From NCBI RefSeq assembly GCF_036321535.1, contig NC_087450.1:29822001-29886000 (forward strand): a stretch of DNA of 64,000 nucleotides, written 5' to 3'. The translations under genes and the position numbers were made by a program. The number at the start of each line of letters is the position of its first letter. The first letter of the stretch is position 1. This DNA comes from Camelus dromedarius. Its lineage: Eukaryota. Positions 12,401 through 23,160 of the stretch are shown here, one piece after another. A model generated the notes under the pieces. It saw only the letters and a list, made by a program, of their open reading frames with translations, did no database searches and was not told the origin of the DNA.

Positions 12401-14220
12401 CCTCCGGTCCTTCAATATCCTCCAAGGACCACCTGCTTTATTTTAATAAAGATTTCAAAGAATACAGTCTAGAGCTCATTCACAGGGAAAGGTAAATTAC
12501 CAGTAACTAAAGTACTGTGACCCTCCCAGGGGAATTTGCTGCCCAAGGATTAGATTAGAACTTTATTTTTTTTAGTGATGGGTGGTGGGGAGGGGAGGGG
12601 AGGCTTCCTTTCCAGCTCCTGAAATCATTCTTCTCTGGGGCTCTGCCTTGTCTGGACTCTTGGTATCCCTTCCCCAAAGGCCTCTGACCTTGAGGAGACT
12701 TCGCTCTAACAAAAGTGCCCCCTTTCACAGACAGCTGAGCAAACCAGCTGGGCTTCAAGTGGTGGAGCTTGGAATTGTCAAATAAGCCCCCAGTGCCCCA
12801 TTTGGATCAGAGCGGAGATCCTTTCCAGACCTGCTTCTTTCATCTGAAAGTTGAAAATCATCCCCAAGACATCTCATGGCCCAAATATCAGGGTTCTCCA
12901 AGGACAGCCTGACTCCAAGACAGAGAAAGTAAGGAATTTCAGGGACACCAGGGAGACTCCCTGCTCCTAAAAACCTTCTCTAACCTGCTAGTTGGGGGTA
13001 CTGGGGAGGGTTGCTGATAGTCCTTTAACCCCGGGGCCAGCACCTTCCACTCTGCAGTGGGAGAGCAGACATCTAAAGAAGGGCCGAGTGGCTTCCATTT
13101 GCATCCAAGATGAAGTGACTGACAGTAAGCCTTTCCTGAGAGCTAGTCCTGGTGGGTGGAAGCTCCGGGCAGCTAAAGAGGGAGTGTGGTCATCTCAAAC
13201 CAGCCACAGACTCTAGTTCACCAATCACACTTAGAATGAGGCTGGCATTTTAGCCCAACTCTTGCTTTTCCCTGAGGTCTCCATTAATTCTGCATTCTGT
13301 GCCAGTGGCCAGTTACAGGAGGAATCCATTCCCATCACCATATCCACAGTCCGTGCCCCTCTACAGCCCTGCTCTGGGAGGCTGCATGTTTGAGAGGTTC
13401 AAGGCATGCATCGGGGGAGTCAGGCCTTGTGGTGTCTGTCTCCAGGACAACCCAGTGGTCAGTAGGGATCACTCAACTCTGTTCTGTCTTTAAGATCCTG
13501 CAGAGATCTTGTGCAACGCTCCAAGGCAGAAAACCTGGGAACCTGGTGCTGAGTCAGCGCCAGTTGTGACCATCAATATTAGAACAGAGAGTTCTGGAAC
13601 TCACCAAGCTTTCTCTCACAGCTCATCTGTCCTCACCTCTGTGAGGAAAGGAAGGCAGACCTGGACAGGAAGCAGGCTCATAGAGGCTGAGGGGTTTGCC
13701 CCAGGTACACAGCTAGCAAGGGGTGAGTTGGGGCTAGTTTCCAGATCTTCCATCTCCAAATCTGGTGCATTTTCCATTGCTGAAGGAACAGTTCTAGCGG
13801 CAAAGCCTAGAGCAGGTCTGCTCACTCCCATGCCATCCGCCAAAGAGGAAAGAGGGAGGTCTGGACTGAACCCCACCCTGGAATCCAGTGGAAGAGTCTG
13901 CTGTATTTCCCCAGTGCTGACAATCATCCTTCCCCTCTGATGCTGCCCAGATTTTTTTGGATTTTACAATAGCTTCTTTCTCTTGTGGTTTGGGATTGCC
14001 TGTTACTTTTCCAAGGAGACAGCAGCCTGGGATTAGATTAGTAATCTTCCCAGAGAAGGAACTTTGTGTATTAAAACTTTTCTCCATTCAAGACTCCAGG
14101 ATGAATCAGGAGAGGGTCTTAAGTTAGAAGAGAAAAACAGAATCTAGCCATGGAGGTCACAGCCACAGGCCTGGGACTTTAGAGAGCCGGACACTTGTGG
14201 CCTCTAGAGACAAGACTGAA

Positions 14221-14301
14221 TGTTTACCTAACGTCACATGAGTGTTACTGCCCTGCCTCAGTCCTCCCAGAAGTGGATGCGGGGCGTGGCTGGCCTATTG
14301 G
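14221..14301. promoter_or_regulatory. Promoter/enhancer-like motif cluster (FOX, CRE half-site, M-box/E-box, GC box, CCAAT)
   Basis: TGTTTAC 14221-14227, ACGTCA 14231-14236, TCACATGA 14234-14241, GGGGCGTGGC 14281-14290, ATTGG 14297-14301. Confidence 0.4.
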
Positions 14302-15534
14302 ACGGCCAAGCACAAGTGGCACAGCTGACCCCTAAGAGTTCCCACCAACGTGTGTGTCTCTTCGGACCAGTCTGGTTCCAGCTGCACTGAGGCAGCTGAG
14401 GCACTGTGGCAGGCTCTTCTCTCTATGATGCCAGAACCCGAGCCAGACTGACTCCTTCAGAGACTGCTTTACAGAGCAAAGGATGTCTGCTCCATCCGGG
14501 AATGGCATCTCACACGCTCCCTGCTTCCCTGGGACCCCTCAGGGAATTCCCCTCCTTTGTTCAGTGTTCTCAGAGCTGCAGTGTGGTGGCAGGAGAGGTC
14601 TAAGTATCTGTGAAGGTTTGGCAGTAAGAGAAAAACATCCAGGTTTGATGTATCAAAAAAAAACCCAAAACCCCAAAAACAAAAAAAAGCAAAAACAACA
14701 AAACACCTTATCTTAGAGTGGAAAAGGCCACTCCATGACACCATCCTAACAAATATATCAGACAGTCTTGCTGGTGTCAGCAGGTGAGGAGTATGTTCTG
14801 TAATAATTTCATGCCTACCTCCTATGAACATGTTTGCTTATCCTTAGAGCAAAGATTTTTCCCGTTGTTTTCTCAGAGAAGCTAGTTTACCGCACCCAAA
14901 GCACAACAGTCTTAGCAGCCCAATAAAGATCTTGGAATACATTGTAATGGCTGTTATCAAAACCTTACTTAGACAACATGTTCAGTGGGTAAAGACTTGC
15001 TCCTTTTGCACGCATACTGGACCACGTGCAGAAGCAAAGTGGTTAATTTCCAGTCTTTATTGGATCAAAATGAGTCATGGATGAGTAACAGCATGATTCA
15101 GGGAAGGGCCACTTGTCCATCCCTGGAGTGTTCAGAGACTGTAAGAACTTGAGACATGGCTATGCCAGGTCAGGCCAACTCTTGGTTACAAATGAGCCTC
15201 TAGACAATCTTGGGTTCACATCTTTTGTCATTTAATGTTTCCTGAAAGACTGAGATGCCTGTGATCACATAAAGTAAGGGATACAGATGTGATTCACTTT
15301 GACTTCTGGATTATCAGTACTTTGCTTTATTATCCTGGGACAGAGACAGCTGATGTGCTTCCCAGAGCTCCTAGGCCTGACCTGAAGCACTTCTGGGCAC
15401 CCCTTCCCCAACTCCCACGTGCCCACACCAGTGACCGCCTCAGGAAGACAGCCCTCAGGTCACTACTATTCCCTGCTGGAAGCACCTGGGAGTTTGTATC
15501 CCCAGGGGTAGCCGAGGACTGATTTGTGAAGAAG

Positions 15535-16074
15535 TGGGGCAGACTGTAGTTTCCCAAAATGGCCATAGCAGTATCTCTGGCCCTGCATGCTCTTCTGGAA
15601 CCTTGTTGCTGCCCCACCAAGAGGTGGAGTCTGTTTCCCCCACTTTGAAACTAAGTGGGCCTTTGTGACTACCTCAACCCAGAATGTGGTCAAAGTGATG
15701 CTGTGTGATTTATGAGGCCATGAAAGGCAATGTTGCTTCTATCTGCCTCTCCCTGTCTAGACACATGGCCTTGGAACTCAGCCACCATGTTGTGAGGAAG
15801 CCCAGGCCACATGGGGAAGGGCTGGACGAACGTGTTGCTCTTAGTCTAACTGCAGCTGGGATGAATCGTAAGAGAGTTGGGTGAGGAGGTCTCCAGGGCA
15901 TGCCAGGCCCCAGTCTTCCAGCTGCTTCAGCTGACCCAAATGGAAAAGAGATGATCTATTCCCACCAAGTCCTGCCCAAACTGAAGACTCATGAGAAAAA
16001 TGAGTGTTGTTGTTGTTTAAGCTGCCACATGAGTGCTTGGGGGTAGTTTCCTGTGTAGTAATAGACACCTAATA
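15535..16074 (+). mobile_element. MaLR solo LTR (MLT1H/F-like)
   Basis: TGGGGCAGACTGTAGTTTCCCAAAATGGCC...CAGCCACCATGTTGTGAGGAAGCCCAGGCCACATGG...TTGTTGTTTAAGC...GTAATAGACACCTAATA. Confidence 0.8.
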
Positions 16075-17889
16075 TGGATTGAGGTACGTGGAAGTATGAT
16101 GCTACCATAATAATAAAGCACCCCCCCAATCGGCCTTTGGGACTGGGTGGCAGATGGAGGCTGAAGGGACCTTGAGGAAATGGCTAATGAGAAACTAAAG
16201 GGCTTCAAAGGGACAGTCAGGGCAAGCTGGGTGGCCATGGAGATCCACAGCAATATTTCCAGCCCCACATGCTCCTCCAGAACCATGCCACTCCTCATGA
16301 AAAAGTGGAGCTTTATTTCTCCTCCCTTGGGAATTGGCAGGCCCTAACTTCGCCTGACTGAAGAGAGTGAAATTATTACTGTCATTGTTTTAAGCTGCTG
16401 TGCAGGAGGGGCGGGGAAAGATGGGCTCACAAAGTTAATCTATCAGTTACTCTGGACAAACACTTTAAAACCCAAATATGCATAGATTATACTAAACTTA
16501 ACAATAAAAAACTAATAATGCCATGATTTTTATCTGCTTTTTCATGTTCATACTTAATTCTAAGCCTTCTCTGGGTGAAAAACTCTAACTCACTAAGGGA
16601 TCAATAATTTTATCATTTCAAGGAAGTCAAAGTTATGATGCTAAGCAAACTGGGGTGACTTTCTTGCTAGGCTGAGGTTACCCGTAGACCATACTTTTGG
16701 TTGGGACATGAGATCTGGAGCAACAGAGACATAAGGTGATTTTTCTCATGACAATAGGGATAATTGGAGCCCAGTTATACAGTAGCTCTGTTTAAACTCT
16801 GTGATTCCTAGTCCACACCCTCCAAATGGGGTGGTCTCACACCCTGTATCCCTGATGACACCTTCCCTAATTATCAAGTTCGGTTTGAGTTTGCAAACCT
16901 TCCCTCACATCTGCTCCCCCAACCCTTACCCCCATTCCTTCCACATTACATTGGAACTCTACTGACTGCTTAATGCTAATCTGAATTCTTTTCATGTTCT
17001 TCCAATCTGGCAGGGCCACACCTCTTGAATATATTTAAATCCAACTGGATTCTGAGCATCCCTCCTGTCTTTGGCTTCCTTTGAGGCCGTTTCAATGACA
17101 GACAGAGTGCACAAAGACGATACTTGGAGCATCATTTGTAACAGCTTAACAACTAGAAACAAATGAAGTGCCCAGTAAAGAAACTGTTGAATCTCAGTCA
17201 CATCACACCCAGGGTATGACAGCAAGAGGGGAAACACAACCAGTAGCCCATCCCCGCCTAGGAAAACCTCAGGAACAGGCTGGGGCACAGGAGACCTCAG
17301 CCACACACAACACTTCGGATCCACACCCTAGGCAGCTCCTTAAACCAGTGCTGACTGCACAAAGTCTTCCAGCAGCCTGTGTGGGTGAGGAGAGCCTGTG
17401 TCTGCTCCCTGCATACCTGCTTACAGGTACACAGGGGCACATGGGACATAGGCGAAGAACTTACCTCATATCCATGCCCAGAGCTGGAGATGCAGAAAAT
17501 GAGTAACTAGAATAGAACCAGAATCTTTGCCTCCCTCGCAGGGAAAGGTCTGACTCATTCATACTGAGGGTCAGAGGTGGTTCTGGAATGTTTATGTAGG
17601 AAGGGCTTAGGGAGGGCAACCTGGTTGAAAAGGAGGCTTGCGGACCTTCCACTGGTGGGGTTCAGGCACCAGAGGTAGGGACAGGAAATTAGACTTGATG
17701 AGGGAGGTCCCCTGAGAGCAGAAAATAGTGCTCAAATCTCTAGCAATAAACTGTTATCTGGCTTAGCAAGCAGATAGGTTGGCAAGAGTGGCGGAACTGC
17801 TTTCCAGGTAGGAAAGCTGAAAGAGAAAGTCATGCCTGGGCAGGCAGAGCTCTCCAGAAGGCCCCAGGTTTATCCCCTGCTCCTCCAAG

Positions 17890-17902
17890 TGCTGAGTCAG
17901 CA
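17890..17902. promoter_or_regulatory. Perfect T-MARE (Maf recognition element; contains the AP-1/ARE core)
   Basis: TGCTGAGTCAGCA, 13/13 match to the consensus. Confidence 0.5.
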
Positions 17903-18550
17903 GAGGACTTGCCAGTCATTTAATTCTGCATCTACCACCGTGTCTGTACCAGCACCAGCCCCAGGCTTAAAATTAATCACCTTTGCATCCATGGGTGATG
18001 CTTGTCATGTGGATGTTGAAGGATAACAAGAGAGGAGGAGGAAACATCAAGCTGCTGGGGAGTGAAGTTTTCAGCTGCACACACAGGAGACACCCCGGTC
18101 CCGGACAGACAACCTTGGAGAGGGCGCAAGCGTAAGCCCCACTGGATGGGGCATGGGGAAGGTACTTACACTTAATGCTGATGGCTTGAGCTGCAGGAGC
18201 CTGAGCAGGGACTGTGACTGGGGTGGTGGAAGCAGCCCCCTGCCTCGCCTGCTGGGCCCTTTGTGCCAGAGGTGGTCAGATGCTCTGTCAGCTGCAGGCG
18301 ATTCAACCAGCGCTGGTGTGTGTCCATGCGGCCCAGCTCTGTGTCAGGTGCTGTGTGTTTGGGGTGGGAGCGGGGTCTGGGAGAAAAGCAAGAAGGTAGG
18401 GCTTCCTGAATTAGAGGAAATGCGAGGCTAGGGGGAAGCCTTAAAGCACTAGGGCAGGTGGGTGGGGTTGCAGTGTGGTGCATCTTCTTAGCCACTAGGG
18501 ATCAGAAAACCTGGTCTCCAGGCTGATTACCACCACTTTAGACTCATACT

Positions 18551-18659
18551 GATTATATATATATATTTTTTTTTGATGATGAAGGAAAGTGTAACTTTAC
18601 TGTAAGACACCAACAAAAGAGAGCGGGTGGCTCGTGCTCAAAAACCCCAAACTCCCGGG
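18551..18659 (-). mobile_element. Polyadenylated LTR R-region fragment with TSD (retroposed ERV/LTR transcript 3' end)
   Basis: Minus strand GGGAGTTTGGGGTTTTTGAGCACGAGCCACCCGCTCTC...AGTAAAGTTACACTTTCCTTCATCATC-A9 resembles an ERV1 LTR R region; CTCATACT repeated at 18543-18550 and 18660-18667. Confidence 0.55.
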
Positions 18660-18749
18660 CTCATACTATTTTGATACAATCATTTGACCCATGACTTTAA
18701 ACTACAACACAGATATGTCTCAAATGGCAGCATTAAAATGAAAGGGCCC

Positions 18750-19055
18750 AGTGACAGGAAGCTAGACACAAAAGGCCATAAATCATGCAATTCTACTTTG
18801 ATGGAATGGTCAGAACAGGCAAAACCATAGAGACAGAAAGCAGGCTAGTGGTTATGAGGGGCTCGGGGCAGGAGGTAATGGAGAGTGACTGCTCAGTGGG
18901 TACAGGGTTTCCTTTGGGGTGATGAAATGTGTTGGAACTAGAGAGTGATGTTGGCTGTACAACATTGGGAGTGTACTTAATGCTACTGAATTGCTCACTT
19001 TAAAATGGTTAAAATAGTAAACTTTTTGTTATGTGTACTTCATCACAACTTTTTT
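18750..19055 (+). mobile_element. L1MB-like 3' UTR fragment
   Basis: GGCAAAACCATAGAGACAGAAAGCAGGCTAGTGGTT...TGGGTACAGGGTTTCCTTTGGGGTGATGAAA...CACTTTAAAATGGTTAAAAT. Confidence 0.75.
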
Positions 19056-19234
19056 TTAAAAATGGGGGGGGGGGTTCACTGTTTTCCTGCATGACCTTGA
19101 AGAGGAAAAGCTCTTGGCCTTCAATCCCCTTCCTCTGTGACATGAGGCTCTCAGCCTGTCACAGTCTGTCCTCTGGGGCTGAGGAGTCTGTGTGCAAGAG
19201 TGGAAAGGACACAGGAACACAGGGCTCCAACCCC

Positions 19235-19350
19235 ACCCATGACCGTCACTTGCTGTGGGACTTGGGCAAGTTACTTCGGCTCTTTTAATCTGTGTGTCAC
19301 CACCTATAACTATGGTTGTTGGGAGTCCTTTGGATGTGTGAGTTAAAAAC
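19235..19350 (+). mobile_element. MIR SINE fragment
   Basis: CACTTGCTGTGGGACTTGGGCAAGTTACTT. Confidence 0.55.
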
Positions 19351-19589
19351 AATCTTTATAAGAAAACAAACATTTAACACCAAGCAAAAAAATGTAAAAG
19401 TGAGTGTGTTGTGTGCATGTGTATGTAGTATCTGGCACAGATACCAGGGCTCTCATTAAATGGAAGCTCTTATTAATTATTAGTTAATAATTAAGTATTT
19501 TAAATGAAACTAATCAAGGTGAAAGCAAGTTTTAAATAAAACCGCTAATTAAACCTGGAATTGTTAATAACATTTCATAGGAAAAAGGG

Positions 19590-20000
19590 ATTTGAATCAA
19601 CCTTTAAGGAGAGCTGAGATTGGACAGGTGAGGACAGGGAGGGGCAAGAGAGGGTGTACATGAGCAGAGGCTTAGAGGAGGGAGCATGCTGGGGCCAGTG
19701 AGAAGACTAGTCTGGTTGGAACAGAGTATTTGGGGCACTTGGAGAAAGACCGGATGTTGGGCTTCCTTGAATACCAGGCCAAGGAATTTGGACCTTGTTC
19801 TGAGGGCACTGGGGAGTCAAGGATGGTTCTTGAGCAGCAGAGCAATATAATGACTATGGTGACATATGAGGACACATCTAGCCCACCCCATGCAGAAATG
19901 ATTTGGAGATGAGAGTCTAGAGACAAAGAGACCAGTCTGGCATCCATAGCTTTAACCAAGTCTGAGGTTAAAAGGATGGGACATGAGTGGTAGAACTGGC
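19590..20000 (-). mobile_element. L2 fragment
   Basis: GCCAAGGAATTTGGACCTTGTTCTGAGGGCACTGGGGAGTCAAGGATGGTTCTTGAGCAG. Confidence 0.6.
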
Positions 20001-21211
20001 CAATCTTAGAAACAGTGGAAGAATCCACAGAAGTTCTTCTGGGCTCCAGACTCACCTGACAGCAAGCACTACATCTCGGCGTCTGGTGTCAACAGCACCG
20101 ATCTGGCTACCCATTCATCTGTGGGTATATTTTCCTTGAAAAACTTAGAGAGCAGTGTCCAAGAAAATGATTCAAGGGACATATGCAGATCTGAGATGAT
20201 GAGCCCAGGTCATCATGTGCACAGGATGTGCACAAAGCTGAGTGTGAGTAAGGAGCTGGCTTTCCACAAGATGAGTTCAATTCTGCTTCTGTGGATTTGG
20301 GTGCCAGGCTTGGGTTGGGCATGAAGGTCCAAGGCACTTGGGCTGGTCTTGTGGGTCTGCAGGATGGAGCCGGAAAAGCTTGTCAATTCCCAAGTAGCAG
20401 CCACAGGGTACTCTCTAGAAGGAAAGTGGGCAGTTGCTGAGACCACATGTTTATAACCACATCTATATCCCTAGAAAGTGGCACCAGGTCTATTGCTACA
20501 GACCTGGAGCTCACCTAGTAGGTGACCATTCCGTACTAAGACATGTGGGAGCACAGTTACCCTGCAGAGACCTGGACACCAAAAACTACAAAACATTGCT
20601 GAGAGCAATCAAAGATAGAAACAAATGGAGGGATATAAAGTACCATGGTCACGGCTCATAAGATTCAGGATTGTTACGATGTCAGTTCTCCCCAAATTGT
20701 TCCCTAGAGTCAATGAAATCCCAATTAAAACCCTAAANNNNNNNNNNNNNNNNNNNNNNNNNNNNNNNNNNNNNNNNNNNNNNNNNNNNNNNNNNNNNNN
20801 NNNNNNNNNNNNNNNNNNNNNNNNNNNNNNNNNNNNNNNNNNNNNNNNNNNNNNNNNNNNNNNNNNNNNNNNNNNNNNNNNNNNNNNNNNNNNNNNNNNN
20901 NTTTCAGCAAAGGTGCAAAAGTAATGCAGAGGAGAAAAAATAGTCTTTTCAACAAATGGCGCTGGAACAACTGGGAGCCAAATGCAAGAGAATGAACGTC
21001 AATCCATATCTCCCATCATATACAAAAACTAACTCAAAATGAATCATAGACTTAAAGATAAAGCCTGCAACTATGAAACTAGTAAAAGAAAACAGGAGAA
21101 AATACTTGTAGCCTTGAGTTAGGCAAAGTTTTCTTAGATACAATACCAAAAGTATGATCCAGAAAGAAAGTAACTGATAAATTGGACTTCATCAAAATTA
21201 AGAATTTCTGA

Positions 21212-21302
21212 GGGGAGGGTATAGCTTAAGTGGTAGAGTGCATGTTTAGCATGCAGAAGGTCCTGGGTTGAATCCCCAATACCTCCTCCAAAAATAAATA
21301 AA
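21212..21302 (+). mobile_element. Camelid tRNA-derived SINE (vic-1 type)
   Basis: GGGGAGGGTATAGCTTAAGTGGTAGAGTGCATGTTTAGCATGCAGAAGGTCCTGGGTTGAATCCCCAATACCTCC with Pol III A/B boxes and an A-rich tail running into an N-gap; inserted in an L1. Confidence 0.85.
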
Positions 21303-21613
21303 NNNNNNNNNNNNNNNNNNNNNNNNNNNNNNNNNNNNNNNNNNNNNNNNNNNNNNNNNNNNNNNNNNNNNNNNNNNNNNNNNNNNNNNNNNNNNNNNNN
21401 NNNNNNNNNNNNNNNNNNNNNNNNNNNNNNNNNNNNNNNNNNNNNNNNNNNNNNNNNNNNNNNNNNNNNNNNNNNNNNNNNNNNNNNNNNNNNNNNNNNN
21501 NNNNNNNNNNNNNNNNNNNNNNNNNNNNNNNNNNNNNNNNNNNNNNNNNNNNNNNNNNNNNNNNNNNNNNNNNNNNNNNNNNNGAGAAATGCACATTAAA
21601 ATTACAATGAGGT

Positions 21614-21682
21614 GGGGAGGGCATAGCTCAGTGATAGAGTGCATGCCTAGCATGCACTGGGATCTAGGTTCAATCCCCAGTA
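21614..21682 (+). mobile_element. Camelid tRNA-derived SINE (second copy, cut by an N-gap)
   Basis: GGGGAGGGCATAGCTCAGTGATAGAGTGCATGCCTAGCATGCAC...GGTTCAATCCCCAGTA. Confidence 0.8.
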
Positions 21683-22604
21683 NNNNNNNNNNNNNNNNNN
21701 NNNNNNNNNNNNNNNNNNNNNNNNNNNNNNNNNNNNNNNNNNNNNNNNNNNNNNNNNNNNNNNNNNNNNNNNNNNNNNNNNNNNNNNNNNNNNNNNNNNN
21801 NNNNNNNNNNNNNNNNNNNNNNNNNNNNNNNNNNNNNNNNNNATACGTTGTTAGTCTCTTATAAGTTAAACATTCCATTCCTAGATATTTACACCAGAAA
21901 AACCAAAGCATTTGTCCATTCAGAGACTTGTACAAAAATGTTCATAGTGGCTTACTCATAACAGCTTCAAACTGGAAACACCCCAGATGTCCATCAACTA
22001 GAGAACAGATAAATAAATTATTTCATATTCATGTGATGGACTATTACTCAGCAATAAAAAGGAATGACCTATTAATAGAAGTAGCAATATAGATAAACCT
22101 CAAAACAATTATGCCAAGTGAAAGAAGCTATACTAAAAAGAGCACAAACTGTTTCATTCTAGAAAATGCCACTCATCTGTAGTTTGATAAATGGTTGCCT
22201 GGGATTAGGTGGGGCAAGAGGAACAGGAGGGAGGAATTACAAAGGGGCACAAGGAAGCTTTAAGGGATGACGTTTACTGTCTTGTGTTGGTATTTTCATG
22301 GATATATACATAGTAGACCTCATGAAATTGTATACTTCATATGTGTGCAGTTTAGTGTTTGTAAATTATACTTCAACAAACCTTTCTGGGGAAAAAACAA
22401 ACCTCTAAGTTCTTTGCATTTCACTCAAAGTAAAAGCCAAAGTCTTCACAGCAGTAAAACAACCTAGCTGGCAGACCTCTGTTCACAGTGCTGTTTCTCC
22501 AACTCTCAGAAGAGTGCTTGGAACATTGAAAGAGCTGCATAAGTATTTGTTGTTTGAGTCAATAAATCAATTCATTGTTTGACAACTGTTGTTAAGAACA
22601 GGGA

Positions 22605-23160
22605 AGTTTCCTCAAATGATTAAACATAGAGATACCACATGACCTAGCCATTCCACTTCTAGGTTTATTCTCAAGAGAAATGTAAACATATGTTCACACA
22701 AAAATAGTTCATAATAGCCAAAAGGTAGAAACAACCCAAATGCCCAACAACTGATGAATTAATAAACAAAAGGTAGTGTATCCATGCAATGGAATATTAT
22801 TTGACCATTAAAAAGGAACCACATACCACAACATGAATGAACTTTGAAAGCATTATGCTAGGTAAAAGAAGCCAGTCACAAAAGACCACATGTTGTACAC
22901 TGCCATTTATAAGAAATGTCCAGATTAGGCTAATCTATAGAGATAGGAAGTAGAGATGCTGCTTGGGGTGCTGACAGGGTGATGATGGGAGAGGGTGATA
23001 GCTGAAGGATACAGGGTTTCTGTTGGGGTGATGAAAATGTTCTAAAATTGTGGTGATGGTTGGATATCTGTGAATACACTAAAACCACTGAATTATATAC
23101 TTACATGGGTGAGTTGTATGGTATATAGGTTTTATCTCAATAAAGCTGTTTAAAAATAAA
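22605..23160 (+). mobile_element. 5'-truncated L1M (L1MB/MC-like) 3' end
   Basis: TACCACATGACCTAGCCATTCCACTTCTAGG, CAACCCAAATGCCCA and GGGGTGATGAAAATGTTCTAAAATT, ending TCTCAATAAAGCTGTTTAAAAATAAA. Confidence 0.8.

Larger units (their letters stand above)
20738..21842. other. Three N-gaps (20738-20901, 21303-21583, 21683-21842)
   Basis: N runs of 164, 281 and 160 nt, all inside L1/SINE sequence. Confidence 0.95.
20535..22380 (+). mobile_element. Old L1 (L1M type) ORF2 3' part and 3' UTR, degenerate, interrupted by two SINEs and three N-gaps
   Basis: Translations NYKTLLRAIK-DRNKWRDI and IVTMSVLPKLFPRVNEIPIK match L1 ORF2; CTGGAACAACTGG, GACTTCATCAAAATTAAGAA and terminal TTATACTTCAACAAA are L1 hallmarks. 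Confidence 0.85.

Noticed and set aside
14542-14551. Single perfect kB palindrome GGGAATTCCC
   Set aside because: An isolated match to a degenerate 10-mer consensus; not informative alone.
20484-20525. Two adjacent short inverted repeats (CCAGGTCT/AGACCTGG; TCACCTA/TAGGTGA) near the L1 boundary
   Set aside because: Stems of 7-8 bp are expected many times by chance in 64 kb; no RNA-family features.
21212-21290. tRNA gene call for the tRNA-like sequences (also 21614 and 34140-34212)
   Set aside because: They have A/B boxes but A-rich tails, mutual divergence and a SINE-type body; they are tRNA-derived SINEs.
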